A stretch of DNA of 58,166 nt, from positions 1-58,166 of IMG/VR virus record IMGVR_UViG_3300036944_001184, one strand, 5' to 3'. The DNA comes from a virus (Duplodnaviria; Caudoviricetes). Below are positions 54,910-58,166 of this stretch, piece after piece. The position numbers and the translations under genes are program-made. Numbering within the stretch: the first letter of the stretch is position 1; every line of letters starts with the position of its first letter. The notes under the pieces are model-generated. The model saw nothing but the letters and a program-made list of their open reading frames with translations, was not told the DNA's origin and made no database searches.

Positions 54910-57900
54910 ATGCCCGACACATACACCGACTGGTCCGCCAAGAATCCGATTGCCGACCCAGTCGAATCGCTTCGTAGTTTCAACGATTACAGCCGCGCCG
55001 AATACCTCCGCGCGGGCCAGCTCACACCAGAGCTGAACGAGGAGATGGACAACAATGCGTTTCAGTTCGCAGTAGAGAAAGGGCTGATCCCCGCTCCTGC
55101 CGACGAAGCCGCTCTTCAGGAATCCTTCAAGTCCTTCATCCTTCGCCCGCAGTCGGACAGCGTTCTCGCCCTCGCAGGCGACAAGCTCTCGGACGAGGGC
55201 AACAACGAAGGCGCACTCAAGGTCAAAGGCTACCTCGCCGCGAAGCGTCAGGCAGGCACCCCGATCATCACCGATCAGGAAGAATACGCAGCCCGCCTCG
55301 AATCCCTCCGCAAGGAAGCGGAGCCTTTCTTGGATGAGAACTCCCTGAACAACGCGAAGCGTTACGCAGTCACCACTGGCAAGGCGAAGTTCGCCACCGT
55401 GATCGAAGATGGTCGCTACCGTGTGGTCGCCGATCCGGCCCTCGGAGAACTGGACGACGCCACGATCGCCGCGTACTCCGCAGCCAACCCGGACCTGATC
55501 GACAGCCGCGCGCTGCCACAGATCCAGCAGTCCTTCCGCAAGATCCCCGGGCTTGACGTAACTCCTGCCCAGCTGGAGCGCAAAGGCGATATCGAGTCGC
55601 AGATGCTAGCACTTGCCAACCGCGACCCGGACGCAATGCGCGACTTGCAGTCCGCAATCAAAGGCTTCAAGTCGGACAACCGGACTACTGGTAAGACGGT
55701 TATTGATTCCGTTTTCGGGATTCCTGCTGCCGTGATCAAGGGAATCGGGGAAGGGATTCAGTTCGCCACGACCGGCGTTGCCCCGAAAGGTGATGGCGTG
55801 ATTCCTGATACCGTGGAAGCGGTTGCGGATCGCCTGTCCCGTTCCGAGCTTGGCCGGTTCGCCACCATGCCCGAGATCGCTGAGGCTGTCCGCGACTTCG
55901 CCACTACCAGCGGCGTAGACTCGGTTGAGTTCGACGAGAAAAATCCTGCTTCCGCAGCCCGCCGTCTTTCCACTGGGATGTACGCAATCCCGAAGCGTAT
56001 TCAGGTCAACAAGGATCTCTTCAACAAGACGCTCGAAGCCCTGCCTCTCTCCAAGGAGCAGAAAGCCCAGATGACCGAGAAGCGGGATGCCAGCCTCAAC
56101 GCATACGCCAAGGAGCTTATCCCGCAGCTGATCCAAGCAGACGGGAGCCTCGCCGACGTGTACCAGACGGCGCGGGACGCGGGCAAGTCAGACGGCGAGA
56201 TCATCGAGCAGATTGCCGCGAGCGGTAAGTACAACGGTGCGGCCAACCGCGCCGAAAGCCTCGGCCTCGCTGCTTTGCGGACGGTGACCGATTTGATTCC
56301 CGCCGCAGGGGCGCTGATGCCCTTTGGCTTCGGCAGCCAAGGAGTGAAGGATCTAGGCTTCAAGATCAGCCAAGACATCGGTGAAGAGCAGGCAGCCAAC
56401 GCGGCCCTTGCTGGTGTGTTCGGCAAGGACTTCGGGTGGGGCCAACAACTTGTCGAGCAGCTCCCGCAGCTCGCCGCAGACATCTTCGTATCCCGTGGCG
56501 CGGGTCGCGCTGCTGGAGCCGCAGGCCGGATCGCATCGACTGGTGGCAAGGTTGCGGCGCGTAGTCTTCTTGGCGTCGAAGCCGCCGAGGCCCTCGCCAA
56601 CTTCTCCAAGCGCACTGCTGGCCGCGCGGTATCTGTTGTCGGCAAGACCGTGGCAGACGACTTCGCCAAGGCGCTCAAGGCAGCTCCGAACGAAATCGGC
56701 TGGCTCACTTCCCAAGGAGCCCGCGAGTTCGGCGCTACCTACTCCAGCACCCGCAGTTCACTGGAAGCCCAGCGCGCCCCGGACGGCTCGAAAAAGTTCA
56801 CCCCTGAGCAGGTGGAGAACATGTCCACCGAAGCGGCGGCGCTCTCTGCGTTCTGGTCGAACGCGATCACGCTTGGCATGAACCGCATTGGCGGCGGCAA
56901 GCTGGCTGGTGTGGAAACCCTCGCCACGGGTCGCGGCGTCAGCATGAGCAAACTCAAGGGCTACTACGACGACGTAGTTGCCGGAGTCGAGAAGCTCGCC
57001 CCCGAGGTCCGCTCGCAGATCAGCCTTGCTGACTTCGACACCTTCGCCCGCGACGTGGTGAAGTCTGCCATGTCCCCCGCAAAAGGAGTGCTCTACGGAG
57101 CCCTTGGTGAAGGCGCGGAAGAGTTCATCCAGAATGTCGCTGGCGATGTGGTCGAGTCCGCAGTCACCGGCAAGAACTTTGACCTGACCGACAGCGCCCG
57201 CGCTGCGGCTCTCGCCGCGTCCTTTGGCTTCGCCCTCGGCGGCGGCAGCAAGGGTGTGGAACTTCTCGAACAAAGGTATCTCTCCGACCCAGCTTACAAG
57301 CAGGCTGAGTTCGAGGCAAGCTACCTGTCCCGCACGATCGACAACCTCAAGGCGAACGGCGCTCCGGCTACGGCGACCTTCCTTCAACGCCAGCTGGACC
57401 TCGCCCAGCAGAACAAGGAGACCATCCGCACCCGCCTCACGCAGTTCGCTGCGGACGAGGAAGCCGCTGCGCAGGCGCAAGCTGCTGCCGACGCGACGGC
57501 GGACACGCAGACCGCTGATCAGATCCGCCGTACCCGCGAGCTTCAGACCACCGCTGCCCGCCTCGACACCCTTATCACGAAAGTCGAATCAGGAATCCCG
57601 GAATCCGAACAGACGGATAGCCAGAAGGAAGTCCTCGCCCAGCTCCGGGCGCGTCGTTCCGGAATCGACGATCAGATCAAGCAGGTCGGGTCAGTAATTG
57701 TTTCTGGAGGAGCCCAAGCCGAAGCTTTGGGGCTGGGCGCTGGACGCCGGGTTTCTAGTGCTATCGAACCCGTGGCTACACTGGCCGCACCCCCACAGAA
57801 TCTTTCGCCCGTCGAAGGTGTACCAGTCGAAACCGCTGGACAATTTGAGTTCCCGTTCATGGCTCGCTGGAATGACCTCGGCGTTCGCCTTGGTGGTGCA

Positions 57901-58166
57901 GTCGAGATTGCCCCCGAAGACGCCCAGCTCATCGACAAGGCGCAGATGGAGTTCGGCTTCGTGCCCGAGGCTGAAGAAGCTTCCCGCGAAGCGCAGCTCT
58001 CGCCATCCGAGCGTTCTCTGAAAGTCCTGTTCGACAACACCACTCCTGAAGAACGCGCAGCATTCCAGCAGCGCAGCTTTGCACGTCAGGGCAGGTACCA
58101 GCAGATCGGTTCCAGAGTCGCGGAAATTGATAACGAAATCACGATTCGTGATTCCGGGATAAGTGA
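54910..58166 (+). CDS. N-terminal part of giant internal virion/ejection protein (missed by the ORF track because it has no stop in the window)
   Basis: ATG 54910 (MPDTYTDWSAKNP...), frame open to the last base; GALGEGAEEFIQ motif and Gly/Ala-rich hydrophobic helices. Confidence 0.8.
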   Translation, partial: MPDTYTDWSAKNPIADPVESLRSFNDYSRAEYLRAGQLTPELNEEMDNNAFQFAVEKGLIPAPADEAALQESFKSFILRPQSDSVLALAGDKLSDEGNNEGALKVKGYLAAKRQAGTPIITDQEEYAARLESLRKEAEPFLDENSLNNAKRYAVTTGKAKFATVIEDGRYRVVADPALGELDDATIAAYSAANPDLIDSRALPQIQQSFRKIPGLDVTPAQLERKGDIESQMLALANRDPDAMRDLQSAIKGFKSDNRTTGKTVIDSVFGIPAAVIKGIGEGIQFATTGVAPKGDGVIPDTVEAVADRLSRSELGRFATMPEIAEAVRDFATTSGVDSVEFDEKNPASAARRLSTGMYAIPKRIQVNKDLFNKTLEALPLSKEQKAQMTEKRDASLNAYAKELIPQLIQADGSLADVYQTARDAGKSDGEIIEQIAASGKYNGAANRAESLGLAALRTVTDLIPAAGALMPFGFGSQGVKDLGFKISQDIGEEQAANAALAGVFGKDFGWGQQLVEQLPQLAADIFVSRGAGRAAGAAGRIASTGGKVAARSLLGVEAAEALANFSKRTAGRAVSVVGKTVADDFAKALKAAPNEIGWLTSQGAREFGATYSSTRSSLEAQRAPDGSKKFTPEQVENMSTEAAALSAFWSNAITLGMNRIGGGKLAGVETLATGRGVSMSKLKGYYDDVVAGVEKLAPEVRSQISLADFDTFARDVVKSAMSPAKGVLYGALGEGAEEFIQNVAGDVVESAVTGKNFDLTDSARAAALAASFGFALGGGSKGVELLEQRYLSDPAYKQAEFEASYLSRTIDNLKANGAPATATFLQRQLDLAQQNKETIRTRLTQFAADEEAAAQAQAAADATADTQTADQIRRTRELQTTAARLDTLITKVESGIPESEQTDSQKEVLAQLRARRSGIDDQIKQVGSVIVSGGAQAEALGLGAGRRVSSAIEPVATLAAPPQNLSPVEGVPVETAGQFEFPFMARWNDLGVRLGGAVEIAPEDAQLIDKAQMEFGFVPEAEEASREAQLSPSERSLKVLFDNTTPEERAAFQQRSFARQGRYQQIGSRVAEIDNEITIRDSGIS

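Overview
The window appears to be a complete, circularly permuted ~58.2 kb tailed-phage genome. It is podovirus-like, with large internal virion proteins and no tape measure or sheath gene recognised. The ORF opening at 54910 runs off the right end and continues in frame into position 1, ending at 3799 (about 2351 aa). There are four alternating blocks: (1) a minus-strand accessory/early block (3870-16412); (2) a plus-strand morphogenesis block (17227-35099: portal, scaffold, HNH, capsid, lysis genes, tail fibres, glycosyltransferase); (3) a minus-strand replication block (35053-48994: primase-helicase, PolA, SSB-like protein, Cas4-like nuclease, SF2 helicase, resolvase); (4) a plus-strand block (49055-58166/1-3799: TerL, structured-RNA/tRNA cluster, internal virion proteins). 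Most notable are an amidoligase / class II glutamine amidotransferase / amidoligase locus with paralogous ligases, about 11 copies of a 22-bp palindrome (CTTATCCG-N6-CGGATAAG) punctuating the early genes like cassette boundaries, a 33-unit 18-bp hexapeptide repeat gene built from a few unit types, two copies of a ~120-bp inverted-repeat element 34 kb apart, a TTTC-punctuated array of tRNA-like RNAs, and sigma70-type promoters placed to give leaderless mRNAs. No integrase, RT or CRISPR array was recognised. All product calls come from motifs read by eye, not database searches.
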